Of a DNA stretch of 64,000 bases, positions 50,532 to 61,032 are shown piece by piece (position 1 is the stretch's first letter; each line of letters begins with the position of its first letter). The stretch is from Obrimoposthia wandeli (Eukaryota). Where the stretch lies: positions 186,001 through 250,000 of the forward strand of contig CDROCS010002735.1 of assembly GCA_977020255.1 (NCBI GenBank). The letters run 5' to 3'. The position numbers and the translations under genes were made by a program. The notes below the pieces were generated by a model. That model saw only the letters and a program-made list of their open reading frames with translations, had not been told where the DNA came from and did no database searches.

Positions 50532-52091
50532 TTAGTATAATACCGATGGCAAGTAAGTGGCTATTTGCGGTAAATACCAAATTAAAGCGATACCCACCAA
50601 CTGCAGCGCAACATAAGGTGCTACCCCTTTATATATCTGCCCTGTGGTGATTTCTTTAGGTGCAGCGCCCCTTAAGTAGAATAGCGAGAAGCCAAAAGGT
50701 GGAGTTAAAAAGCTCGTTTGTAAATTGATGGCTATAATCACTGCTAACCAGATTGGATCATGACCCATGATGATCAAACTAGGCACGACAATGGGCAGCA
50801 AAATGACTGATATTTCGACAAAATCTAAAAAGAAGCCCAATACAAATATCAGCAACATAACAAACACTAATGCACCGGTTGAGCCACCTGGCATTTGCTC
50901 AATGATATCTTGAACACGCTCATCCCCACCGATACCGATAAAAACTAACGAAAACAAACTTGCGGCGATGATAGTCACAAATATCATTGAAGTTATTGTC
51001 ATGGTATTGGTAGTTACAGGGCTTAACATTCCCGCCTTGTACAATCTTTTAAGAGAGATATAAATAGCATTTGTCGCCAGCATCAACATCACAATGATGA
51101 TAGCGGCAGATAAATACTCTACAAAGCTCACTTGCTCTTTTTGCAATCTAACTGTCACAAAGCCTGCCACAAAAACCACCGTCACCAGTGCTATGGCGCC
51201 CGCCGCTAACCAATGGTTTGAGTCTTTTCCATTTAACCTAAATCCCGCTAAAATTATGGCGCCAATGGCGCCGACTGAGGCAGCTTCTGTTGGAGTGGCC
51301 ACACCACCAAGAATTGAGCCTAGCACTGAGATAATTAGCACCAGCGGCGGCATTAAGATAGTGATAATGCGCTTAAACGAAACGCTTACCCGTTTATCAA
51401 TCGCCAAAGCGGGCGCTATATCCGGTTTTAAATAAGCAATTACAAGGATATAGATAATGTAGAGTAAGATTAGCACTAGTCCTGGAAACAGGGCCGCTGC
51501 AAACATTTGCCCTACTGAAATGGTCTCTAATGTAAACAACCCTTGCTCAATTTGCGCTTGTTGAAATGCGTTCGACATCACCTCTGAAAGTATTATCAGC
51601 AAGGTAGATGGCGGTATTATCTGCCCTAGTGTACCTGCTGTCGCAACAGTGCCTGCCGCTAGACTTGGAGAGTAACCATTACGTAACATGGTAGGTAAAG
51701 CAATCAATGCCATCGTAACGACAGTAGCACCCACAATACCAGTGGACGCTGCTAATAAGGCCCCTACCACAATAACTGAGAGACCTAGACCACCTTTTAA
51801 ACCACCAAATAAACGGCCCATCTCTTCAAGTAAATCTTCGGCGATGCGGCTGCGCTCCAATACAAGCCCCATCAGCACAAACAGTGGAATAGCGATTAGT
51901 ACTTCTCGTGTCATTATGCCGAAAATACGCTGTGATAACGCCCCGAGAAGAACAAAATCAAACTGGCCAGTTAATGCGCCGATAATAGCGAACATCACTG
52001 CCACGCCTGCTATTGTAAAAGCGACAGGATAACCCAATAAAATGGCGCCAAACAGCACACCAAACATGTAAAAATCTAAGTATTCAATCAT
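50532..52091 (-). CDS. TRAP transporter large permease (DctM)
   Basis: LLGYPVAF, L.AIPLF..MG..LERS, AASTGIVGA.V, GTLGQIIPPS, G.ATPTEAA, QTSFLTPPFG. Confidence 0.93.
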   Translation of the reverse strand: MIEYLDFYMFGVLFGAILLGYPVAFTIAGVAVMFAIIGALTGQFDFVLLGALSQRIFGIMTREVLIAIPLFVLMGLVLERSRIAEDLLEEMGRLFGGLKGGLGLSVIVVGALLAASTGIVGATVVTMALIALPTMLRNGYSPSLAAGTVATAGTLGQIIPPSTLLIILSEVMSNAFQQAQIEQGLFTLETISVGQMFAAALFPGLVLILLYIIYILVIAYLKPDIAPALAIDKRVSVSFKRIITILMPPLVLIISVLGSILGGVATPTEAASVGAIGAIILAGFRLNGKDSNHWLAAGAIALVTVVFVAGFVTVRLQKEQVSFVEYLSAAIIIVMLMLATNAIYISLKRLYKAGMLSPVTTNTMTITSMIFVTIIAASLFSLVFIGIGGDERVQDIIEQMPGGSTGALVFVMLLIFVLGFFLDFVEISVILLPIVVPSLIIMGHDPIWLAVIIAINLQTSFLTPPFGFSLFYLRGAAPKEITTGQIYKGVAPYVALQLVGIALIWYLPQIATYLPSVLY

Positions 52092-52648
52092 TTATCTACA
52101 CCGCTATTTACTTCACTGTCTACCCCATTATTCACACCGCCAATTGAGAAAGCGATAATGAAATCTCTCGCTATCGCTGCACTGGCTTGAGTAATCAGCA
52201 AGATGCAAAACAATGGAATGATAGTTTTTAATAAGAAGGATGCTGGAATCCCCCCCACTGAAAGCGGCCCTTCTAAAATTGACCAACTATTGAGTACAAA
52301 ACGCCAGCTCATATAGATGATCAACACACACATAGGCAGTAAAAAAAACAAATGTCCGAAGAGATTGATGAGTGCTTTTTTCTGCAAACTCATCGTTGCA
52401 TAGAAGATATCAACTCTAACATGCCCATCAACAAGCATGGTATAACCCGCACCTAACATAAACAGTGCAGCATGCATGTAAAGCACTGCTTCGCTGAGAA
52501 AAATAAAACTGATGCCGAATAAATATCGCAGCATAACAATGGCAAATTGCAATAACACCATAATCAGCGCAAACCAGCGGATTGAATGGCCTAAGTGATG
52601 ATTAACACTGTCTATTTTTGCTAACCATTGGGTAGAATTTTCGGACAT
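52088..52648 (-). CDS. TRAP transporter small permease (DctQ)
   Basis: V.LRY.F, Y....F.LG.GY....DGHVRVD.FY. Start moved to ATG 52648. Confidence 0.9.
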   Translation of the reverse strand: MSENSTQWLAKIDSVNHHLGHSIRWFALIMVLLQFAIVMLRYLFGISFIFLSEAVLYMHAALFMLGAGYTMLVDGHVRVDIFYATMSLQKKALINLFGHLFFLLPMCVLIIYMSWRFVLNSWSILEGPLSVGGIPASFLLKTIIPLFCILLITQASAAIARDFIIAFSIGGVNNGVDSEVNSGVDK

Positions 52649-52877
52649 ATATAACCTTAAAGATAATAACGACACTAGCATTGGCATAAAACAATGAGCC
52701 GTATTTTTATACAAGCTTTGTTAATGAAGAGAAGAATGTTTGATCAACTACAGAATTTAAAAACAAGAATTCGCGCTAAAGCAGTTTTTTTCGCTACTTT
52801 TGGCTACTTGAAAGTTGATATAAAAAGTATCTAATAAAATACTGATTTATTAAATACTTGTTACGTAACAGCGAGTG

Positions 52878-53981
52878 CTATTTAGCGTAGTTATAATCCA
52901 AACTACGCGCATTCATTTGCCCGTTATCGGCATAACCTTTATAAGTACGCATTGCATCGCGATATTCTAAAAAGCTAGCGGTGATGCGCCTTACTAACTC
53001 ATCGTCGTCCGCTTTTAGCTCTTCCATTACTTCGCCAGCGGCGTTACCCATGGCTAAAATGACATCGTCAGGGAATTTTTTAACGATAACCCCTTTCTCT
53101 TCCACCATCATCTTTAAGGCTTTAGCATGGTTAGTGGTGTACTCAGTCCATACTGGGTTATATAAAGATTCGCACGCGTAAGTGACAGCGAGCTGCAAAT
53201 CTTCAGGCAGCGCGGCAAACGCCTTGGTGTTCACAACACACTCTTCAGCGGAAGATGGCTCACCAACACCTGGCCAGTAATAGTGCTTGGCTATTTGGTA
53301 AAAACCTAAAGCACTATCTGTCCAAGGGCCGATAAATTCACCTGCATCTAAAGTACCTGTCTGCAATGCTTGGAACATCGCACGGCCACCCATCGCTTGT
53401 ACCGACATACCCATTTTTGCACACATTTCTGACGCTAGTCCTGTTGTTCTAAAACGTAAACCTTTTAGATCTTCAACAGAGTTTATTTCTTTGCGAAACC
53501 AACCTCCCCACTGTGGGCCTGAGTTACCACATAAAAACGGCTTGAGGTTAAACTTAGCATACAGCTCATCATAAAGTGCTTGGCCACCACCGTGTGCCAT
53601 CCAGCCGAATTGCTCATCAGCGGTTAAACCAAAAGGCTGTGAGCCGAACAGTAAAAAGCCTTTTGATTTAGAACCCCAATAAGCAGGTACTGAATGATAT
53701 AAATCTGCAGTGCCTTCTGAGACAGCATCAAAAACACCGCGCCCTGGTACTATTTCTCCAGCAGCGTAAAGTTTAACTTCTATTCTGCCACCCGATAGTG
53801 CGGTAATACGATCAGCCAGCATTTGTGCTGCTACGCCAGGTCCGGGCAGATTTTTAGGCCAAGAAGTAACCATGCGCCACTTTATTTTCTCACTGGCAAT
53901 GGCAGGCGCTGAAATGCTCGTCGCAGCCACAGTACCTAATGCCGCCACTGATGTGTTTTTAAGGAATGCTCTTCTTTTCAT
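52878..53981 (-). CDS. TRAP transporter substrate-binding protein (DctP/TakP-like) with Tat signal
   Basis: MKRRAFLK twin-arginine signal, APAIA, W.MVTSWPK, YYW-type AYWGSK, PFG, GGWFRKEI.S..DLKGL, E..GP..D..LGF. Confidence 0.93.
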   Translation of the reverse strand: MKRRAFLKNTSVAALGTVAATSISAPAIASEKIKWRMVTSWPKNLPGPGVAAQMLADRITALSGGRIEVKLYAAGEIVPGRGVFDAVSEGTADLYHSVPAYWGSKSKGFLLFGSQPFGLTADEQFGWMAHGGGQALYDELYAKFNLKPFLCGNSGPQWGGWFRKEINSVEDLKGLRFRTTGLASEMCAKMGMSVQAMGGRAMFQALQTGTLDAGEFIGPWTDSALGFYQIAKHYYWPGVGEPSSAEECVVNTKAFAALPEDLQLAVTYACESLYNPVWTEYTTNHAKALKMMVEEKGVIVKKFPDDVILAMGNAAGEVMEELKADDDELVRRITASFLEYRDAMRTYKGYADNGQMNARSLDYNYAK

Positions 53982-54583
53982 GTTCCCCTCCTAAATGCGT
54001 ATATATTGCTAACGATAATAAATATAGCAAAAAAATAAACGCTAAAAAAATAAGTGATAAATCAATTAACACCAAAATAAAAGTTATTCACTCTGTATTG
54101 ACAATCACTACAAATTGATCAAAAGCAATCTGTATATACAGGGCTATACATTAATATATACAGTTATTATGCTTTGGTAAAGCATTGGTGTGTAGATAAA
54201 AATTGATATTATCCGCTTTGTGTTGCCTGAATAAGCAATCAAGAATGAGTGCATTTGTGCAGTAGTTAATTCTCTATCAAAGCTATCTGCTGACGAGTAT
54301 ACCAAGCCTGATATTAACGCTCGTTATCGCTGTAGGTTAAGCATAGTATTAACCACGTTTGTCACATTTCAATTATAATGTCCCTTTAATGAGACAGTTT
54401 AATATTTACCAGTGGACTGAATTAATATTATATCTTTGCTTTATCTATAATTAATAAATTTTGCTTTTTTTGATTGCATATTCTCCCAATCTAACGTAAA
54501 AATTACATTGATTATTACTAACATATTAGATAAATACAGGGATGTATAACAGTTAAAATACTGTTATTGCTAAGGATTAAGCA

Positions 54584-55402
54584 ATGTTTAACAAAGTCGC
54601 AAATGATGTGTTTCTTCAAATAATATCGCCTAATTGGAAAAGAAGTGCTTCTTCTTCTATTAGCCCTCGTCCTTGGCTACGCGCTTTCACCAAAGTCGCT
54701 ACAAATACAAATATTATTTCTGTAAAGCTTGCCACATCACTCGCTTCTTCACCTTCATTGTTGCGCATTTTACTCAACAGTTTTACCCCGGATAAGGCCT
54801 TCCCTAGTGCAAGACAGTTTGCTGTCAATATTGCATTTGAGATAAGCCAGCCAAATTTCGATATTGATTTATTAGACTTACCAGAGCTTTGGCGGTTGCG
54901 TGAATTTTCCAGAGCCGTGAGATTGCAATGGCTTCATACCATTGAAAGCAGCTTCGTATTACACACTAGATTCCAAACAATTTATGGTATTAACGCTAAC
55001 CAACAACCTCTTGATGACACAGATTGTGCAACAGATTTTGATGGCGTGCTATGTAACCGAGATAAACTTACCGAAGCGTATTTCGCCTATTATAACGTTG
55101 ATGATGCCACTACACAGATGACCGTTTGGCTGCCTGATAGTAAAGGGTGTGTTGCTGTTGATACTTGTAATAGCATATTGGTGCTTAGTGATATTGAAAA
55201 AGGCGCTGAGCTCGGTTTCTTTAGGCAAAACTTGGATTACTCTATTGTCAGGGAAGACCAGCGCCAATGGTTACAAAAGAGTAGTATTGATCCCTTACAG
55301 GGAATTGAATCTGCCAAGTTTGAAAACACGCAACTTGGCCATATAAGCAAGCATATCATTTGGAATAGCGATTCAAAACAAGCGATTTTAGAAGCTGCCT
55401 AG
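54584..55402 (+). CDS. Hypothetical protein, no family recognised
   Basis: 272-aa open frame with plausible upstream AAGGA; no motif recognised. Confidence 0.6.
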   Translation: MFNKVANDVFLQIISPNWKRSASSSISPRPWLRAFTKVATNTNIISVKLATSLASSPSLLRILLNSFTPDKAFPSARQFAVNIAFEISQPNFDIDLLDLPELWRLREFSRAVRLQWLHTIESSFVLHTRFQTIYGINANQQPLDDTDCATDFDGVLCNRDKLTEAYFAYYNVDDATTQMTVWLPDSKGCVAVDTCNSILVLSDIEKGAELGFFRQNLDYSIVREDQRQWLQKSSIDPLQGIESAKFENTQLGHISKHIIWNSDSKQAILEAA

Positions 55403-55477
55403 ATCGCCTTCCATCAAAAATTTATAAGCCCCTTACATGCTTTTTGTCGCTAACTAGAACATACCTGTAAAGGCAAT

Positions 55478-56590
55478 CTATTGATGATTTTGAATTAACT
55501 TCACCGCTTTATCCGGATGATCTGTAAAAACACCTTCTACACCAAGTTGATAGTAAAAGATATTTAGCATGTCAGTGAACGATTGCGCATATTTAGCGAC
55601 TCTTTTAGGATCTGCCCTAAAAGTATAAGGATGCACTGTTAAACCCGCTGCACGTGCACTCGCTAACATACCTGTTGGTTTAATATTATTGACGGTTGAG
55701 CTTGGCTTTATTAGCATGTTTTTATAGGGGCCAATTGCCTGGGCATATTCAGCAATTTTTTTCATTGCTCCTTGCGCTAACATCCAATCATAATTGTAAT
55801 TTGAGCTTTGCCCTAATTTATAGATAGTGGTGAGGTTCCAGCGCGTGTTTGCAATGAGTTGCACCAGTTTAAGATCCATATTGTATTCGCCGAGCAGCTC
55901 ATAGCGAATACGCTTTAACTCATCTACCTCAAAACTTTGTAAATACACTTTATCGCTTTGGTTGCTATAGCCGTAGCGCTTTAGCATTTGTAACACCAAA
56001 CGACTAATGTCCTTACCTTCCTTGCGATGAAAGCTAGGTGCTTTTATTTCAGGATAAATGCCAATTTGTTTGGTGCTGCTTTTATTTAGCTGCTCAATAA
56101 GCTGCAACTCTTCTTCAAAACTATGCACTTTATAGGATCCCGCTGGCCATCTGCGATGCTTAAACACTACTGATTTTTTGCCATTTTTAAGGCTAAAACG
56201 CGCAACGCGCTGTAGCGTTTTTATTTCTGCTAGATTGAAATCAATAGCGTAAAAACGGCCGTCTTGGCGCGCTCGTTTAGGATATTTCTGAGCGACATTA
56301 GTTACTCTATCAAGATATAAATCATGCAAAACCAATAACTTACTATCTTTTGTTAACACCAAATCTTGTTCTATGTAATCAGAACCCATTTCGAATGCCA
56401 ACTGTTTTGATTGCAAACTGTGTTCGGGAAAATAGCCACTTGCTCCTCTGTGGGCAATTACAATTTTTTGTTTGGCTGATTCTTCTTTTAATGCCTTGTT
56501 CTTTGCATCTGTACTTTTCGCATAGCCAAGATGGCTATAAACCAAAACTATTGCGAGTAAACTATAGTAAATATTTTTGATGGTAAGCAT
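55478..56590 (-). CDS. glpQ: Glycerophosphodiester phosphodiesterase
   Basis: IAHRGASGYFPEH, YIEQDLVLTKD, HD..LD.VTNVA, IYPEIK, LQSF, VHPYTFRAD, GVFTD.PD. Confidence 0.92.
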   Translation of the reverse strand: MLTIKNIYYSLLAIVLVYSHLGYAKSTDAKNKALKEESAKQKIVIAHRGASGYFPEHSLQSKQLAFEMGSDYIEQDLVLTKDSKLLVLHDLYLDRVTNVAQKYPKRARQDGRFYAIDFNLAEIKTLQRVARFSLKNGKKSVVFKHRRWPAGSYKVHSFEEELQLIEQLNKSSTKQIGIYPEIKAPSFHRKEGKDISRLVLQMLKRYGYSNQSDKVYLQSFEVDELKRIRYELLGEYNMDLKLVQLIANTRWNLTTIYKLGQSSNYNYDWMLAQGAMKKIAEYAQAIGPYKNMLIKPSSTVNNIKPTGMLASARAAGLTVHPYTFRADPKRVAKYAQSFTDMLNIFYYQLGVEGVFTDHPDKAVKLIQNHQ

Positions 56591-56672
56591 GCCATTAATT
56601 CCTTTGATTTATGCTTTTAAACACATAGATGTAGGTTTCACATAAATAAGATGGTGGGTGACGAATGCATCA

Positions 56673-57593
56673 TTACGATTTTAAAAGCGCTTTCAAATGT
56701 GCCACAACAGTCCGCCCTAACGCATTAATCGCATACCCACCTTCAAGCATGGAGATAATTCTACCTTGTGCGTGTTTATCAGCTAAAGCTACTAACTGCG
56801 ATGTCAGCCAGTGGTAATCAGAGTCTACCAGGGAATGTGATGACATTTGATCGGCTACATGCCCATCAAACCCTGCTGATATAAGCATAAGTTGCGGCGA
56901 AAAGTCATCTATTTTGGTAAACCATTCACTAACGGCGGTGCGAAATTGCTCACTACTAATATCTGCGCTTAAAGGTATATTGTGCACATTACTCGCCGCT
57001 GCCTCAGCTCCACTAAAAGGATAAAAAGGATGTTCAAAGCTAGAACAAAATAAGATACGCTCATCCCCTTCCACTATATTTTGAGTACCGTTGCCATGGT
57101 GCACATCAAAATCAATGATTGCCACCCTCTCTAAACCGTGTTCAGCTATAGCATATTTTGCACACAAAGCTATATTATTAAAGAAGCAAAACCCCATTGC
57201 TTTATCTTTTTCAGCATGATGCCCAGGTGGGCGCACGGGGCAAAAAGCCGCTCTGTGCTCTTTTTTCATCAATAAATCAACAGCCATTACTCCCGCACCT
57301 GCTGCAAATTGTGCCGCCTCCAGTGTCGCCGGCATCATTTGTGTATCACCATCAATATCTAAAATCCCCTCTTGAGGCGCATTTTTAAAAATGTAATTTA
57401 GATATTGCTCATCATGTACGAGACGTAACTGTTCTAATGAAGCTTTTTCACTATAGTGTTGTGGGCATACATAACTTAAACCAGAACTAATCAATTGATC
57501 ATTAATAACACTTAATCTAGCAGGCTGTTCTGGATGCTGTGCACCTAGGTCATGACGAAGACACTTAGGATGTGAAATGATGGCGACTGACAT
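56673..57593 (-). CDS. Histone deacetylase family (Zn-dependent) amidohydrolase
   Basis: HPE.PARL, RPPGHHA, GFCFFNN, DFDVHHGNGT, SAGFDGH..D, LEGGY. Confidence 0.93.
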   Translation of the reverse strand: MSVAIISHPKCLRHDLGAQHPEQPARLSVINDQLISSGLSYVCPQHYSEKASLEQLRLVHDEQYLNYIFKNAPQEGILDIDGDTQMMPATLEAAQFAAGAGVMAVDLLMKKEHRAAFCPVRPPGHHAEKDKAMGFCFFNNIALCAKYAIAEHGLERVAIIDFDVHHGNGTQNIVEGDERILFCSSFEHPFYPFSGAEAAASNVHNIPLSADISSEQFRTAVSEWFTKIDDFSPQLMLISAGFDGHVADQMSSHSLVDSDYHWLTSQLVALADKHAQGRIISMLEGGYAINALGRTVVAHLKALLKS

Positions 57594-57658
57594 ACGATTT
57601 CCTTTTCATGAATATTATGTAACAACGACCTAGTATCTAAAAACAACTACTTAAGTCT

Positions 57659-59491
57659 CTAAACTGTCTCTTTTATCTTAAGTTCAAAATGTATTTCATC
57701 CATATCTTGCTGCACTATCGCAAAATTAAACGCTAAAAATATATTTTGCATCGGTTTATTATCTCTACGAGTGTATGCCACCACTGCATCTAAATCGCGC
57801 GCTTTGGCGATTTCTATCAGCCAAGTAAGTAATGTTCTCGCCATCCCTTTCCCCTGCTGCTCTTCTCTAACCACAAAGGCTACTTCCGCACTATTGGTTT
57901 TCTCTAAAAAATAGTAACGCCCTACCGCATGAATTTTCTCCTGAGGGCCTTTTTTAGTAGTGATACACAACGCTAGATCGCGGCTTTGATCAACAGCCAC
58001 TAAACTTGATGACGTTTCGCGTGACATACGTGTTGGGCGATAGTTATAGCGCATCATCAAGGTTTCTTTTTTATGCGAGTAAAAAAATTCTTGTAAATGA
58101 CGTTCATCTGAAGGGACTAAAGGGCGCAAAATATACTTTTGCTTTTTTAAGTATAATATTTTATCTGATACTTTACCTAGCTCTGGCACCTGCCCTGGAG
58201 TCTGCAACTGATAATGAGGAACACGCATATGCTGCCTAACTTGCTGTAACAACTCATCTCTGAACTTGGGGTGAGCAATCTTTATTAGCTCTAAGGCACG
58301 CTCTCTTATGCTTTTTCCTCGCAAAGTAGCTATGCCATATTCGGTAACCACGTAATGTACATCCCCTCTTGAGGTTACCACGCCACTACCTTCCGTTAAT
58401 AAAGCTGTGATTTTTGATACAGTACCATTTTTTGCAGTTGAAGGTAGTGCAATGATTGGCTTACCCCCTTGGCTCATAGAAGAGCCTCGAATAAAATCAA
58501 CCTGTCCACCAATGCCACTATAGAACTGATAGCCGATAGAGTCCGAGACGACTTGCCCTGTTAAATCGACCTCTATAGCACTATTTATTGAAACCATATT
58601 ATCGTTTCTAGCAATGTTTGCCGGTGCGTTTACGTATTCAGAAGGATAAAATTCAATATGCGGATTGTTATCTACAAAATCATATAACGCTTTAGTTCCC
58701 ATACAAAAGCTGGTGATCACTTTACCAGTATGAAACGTTTTTTTACGATTGTTAATGACTCCCGATTTAACTAAATCGATCATACTGTCACTAAACATCT
58801 CAGTGTGAATACCTAAATCTTTATGATCTGATAGATAGCGCAACACCGCGTCAGGTATTTTACCAATTCCTAGTTGAAGCGTATCGCCATCGTCTATTAG
58901 CAACGATACATACTGCCCTATTTGTTCTGTTACAGCATCTAGAGGTGGTGATTGTAGTTCAATAATGGGGTGGTCTATATGCATACAATAATCAATTTCA
59001 TCAATATGAATAAACGACTGCCCATTAGTCCTCGGCATTTGATTATTAATTTGTGCCACCACTATTTTAGCCGCTTTGGCCGCAGCCCTCACTACATCCA
59101 CTGAGACCCCATAAGAGCAATAACCAAAATCATCTGGCGGCCCAACCATTATTAATGCGACATCGAGTGGCAAAATATCATCATTAAACAAGGAAGGTAT
59201 TTCAGAGAGAAAACAAGGCGTGTAATCTGCATAGCCTGCTGCTACCGCATCCCTAATACCCGCACCTAAAAAAAGAGAGTTTATTTTGAATAGTTCACGA
59301 TATTTTTCTTGTGCCCATATAGGGGTATCTAACGTTAATATATGCACTAATTCTATATCAGATAATCCATGCACGTTCTCTAATAAATTCATCATCAAAG
59401 CTTTAGGCACAGCGGCATTTGATCCGATAAACATACGATTACCTGAAACTAATATGCTGTTCCAGTCAAAATCACTTTGTACTATATTCAA
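57659..59491 (-). CDS. Acetyl-CoA hydrolase/transferase fused to a C-terminal GNAT acetyltransferase domain
   Basis: GYADYTPCFLSEIP, TLQLGIGKIP, GIHTEM, NSAIEVDLTGQV, SGIGGQVDF, VTEYG.A.L.GK; tail AEVAFVV.EE.QGKGM. Confidence 0.92.
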   Translation of the reverse strand: MNIVQSDFDWNSILVSGNRMFIGSNAAVPKALMMNLLENVHGLSDIELVHILTLDTPIWAQEKYRELFKINSLFLGAGIRDAVAAGYADYTPCFLSEIPSLFNDDILPLDVALIMVGPPDDFGYCSYGVSVDVVRAAAKAAKIVVAQINNQMPRTNGQSFIHIDEIDYCMHIDHPIIELQSPPLDAVTEQIGQYVSLLIDDGDTLQLGIGKIPDAVLRYLSDHKDLGIHTEMFSDSMIDLVKSGVINNRKKTFHTGKVITSFCMGTKALYDFVDNNPHIEFYPSEYVNAPANIARNDNMVSINSAIEVDLTGQVVSDSIGYQFYSGIGGQVDFIRGSSMSQGGKPIIALPSTAKNGTVSKITALLTEGSGVVTSRGDVHYVVTEYGIATLRGKSIRERALELIKIAHPKFRDELLQQVRQHMRVPHYQLQTPGQVPELGKVSDKILYLKKQKYILRPLVPSDERHLQEFFYSHKKETLMMRYNYRPTRMSRETSSSLVAVDQSRDLALCITTKKGPQEKIHAVGRYYFLEKTNSAEVAFVVREEQQGKGMARTLLTWLIEIAKARDLDAVVAYTRRDNKPMQNIFLAFNFAIVQQDMDEIHFELKIKETV

Positions 59492-59951
59492 GATAATCCT
59501 TTTACATTACTTAAGTTAATTTAAAAACATAAGCTGGCAAGTTCATTTAAAAAATGCTCTAGCGATGCTAGTAAAACCGAACTTAGTGCAAGGTACACGC
59601 TTTTATTTTGTATTAGTAAGCTATGATTAGCTTTATGTTTAAAGTTCTTTATAAAGATAAAACTGACAGGTGGATTATCTCCTTAATTGATGTCGGTTTT
59701 ATTAATCTATATCAATTGTTATAGTAATTTTTTATGCTTAGCAAAAACTGCGTTTAACGCAAAGTATCACCCTCTTACACATAAAAAATTAATTTATAAC
59801 CTACAATCAAATACTTAAATAAATTTATTTATGTCCATCTAATATAATTTAAGATTTCAAGCGTCTCTTGTTGGTAACCATTAGATATATATTCATGATA
59901 AATTCATAAAAAACAAACTATAATGAGCCTTAATTCAAGCGGGAGATAATA

Positions 59952-60572
59952 ATGGACATTACACCCACAAACCTGAATATTGAAAATAGCACCCATAAAA
60001 ACAGCGTTTCACATGCAACTAGTGGCAGCAACATAAACTCTGCTATCGCCTCCTCTGCCAATACTCCATTAATTGAAAGTATAAATAAGCAAATATCAGG
60101 GGACCCGACAGTATCTCGAAAAAATATCGATAACACTTCTGCCCTACAAATTTCTCAAGAAGTAGTCACTCAAGTTGCCAATGACTTGATGCAATTAAGA
60201 GAACTGGGAATACAAGCAGGCAATGCCACTCTTAACCCGCAAGATAGAAAAACCCTCCAATTGCAGGCAATCGAATTATTACAAAGCATCAACGATAGCA
60301 TGAACAATAGCCATTTTAATAATAAGCCACTACTAAACATTAACACTTCACAAGCACTGCAAATAGGCGCGAATAAACACTCACAGCAAGAATTACCTCA
60401 CTATGGTTTAGCAGATCAATTAAAAGACACAGGTTTATTTGAAATAGACTTCACCGTCAGCAAAGTGACTGAAACCCTGAATAGCATTGATAGTAGTTTA
60501 AATATTACGGAGAAAATACAGAGTACTTTTGACATTGTCAGCAAAGATTGTAATTTAACCCCACCGCTTTAA
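59952..60572 (+). CDS. Divergent, C-terminally truncated flagellin-like protein
   Basis: SG..IN.A, LQI, ..L..LREL.IQA.N.TL...DR..LQ.....L...I......FN.K.LL, LQIGAN; the conserved flagellin C-terminal helix is absent. Confidence 0.65.
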   Translation: MDITPTNLNIENSTHKNSVSHATSGSNINSAIASSANTPLIESINKQISGDPTVSRKNIDNTSALQISQEVVTQVANDLMQLRELGIQAGNATLNPQDRKTLQLQAIELLQSINDSMNNSHFNNKPLLNINTSQALQIGANKHSQQELPHYGLADQLKDTGLFEIDFTVSKVTETLNSIDSSLNITEKIQSTFDIVSKDCNLTPPL

Positions 60573-60608
60573 AGTATTCTAGCGCCATGAAAAATCAGCA
60601 TCACTGCT

Positions 60609-60759
60609 CATTGCTATCCAGTTGAAAAGTGTAAGCTCTCTAACTCATTGATTTGTTGTTTTCTAAAATAGTTAATTGGTTTTTTCAGCTAAAAAACACT
60701 TGTGGTTAGCGAAAAATCAATGAGTTAAAGAACAACAAAAATTAAACCAGACACTAATG
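60609..60759 (-). mobile_element. MITE copy 6 (151 bp, inverted)
   Basis: Same TIRs with substitutions; TSD ATCACTGCT / ATCACTACT (8/9). Confidence 0.88.
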
Positions 60760-61032
60760 ATCACTACTAAATAGTCGATACTCATTCTGTCGCTTTTTTA
60801 TCAAATTTTTGCTGAGGAAGTACTTTCTAAAAAGCTTAAAACTGACATATTAAAGCAATCAAAAGTCGATAAAGAACAGGTATTACAGCTACTGAAAGGT
60901 TGGTTAAAAAGAGTGATTAATACTATCTAAAGACACTATTTAATCACTTTATTTTATTACCAAACTTCAGCAATCTATTGCTTTTATACGAAGGCTCGCA
61001 AGAGACTGTAGTACCTTAAAACAAACGACTCA

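Noticed and set aside
50200-50532. Integron integrase or a clear attI upstream of the cassette array
   Set aside because: No tyrosine-recombinase ORF or remnant recognised; the region runs straight into the end of the TRAP dctM gene.
50532-52091. DctM longer than typical (extra TM pair)
   Set aside because: I recall such insertions as common in this TRAP subfamily; not considered novel.
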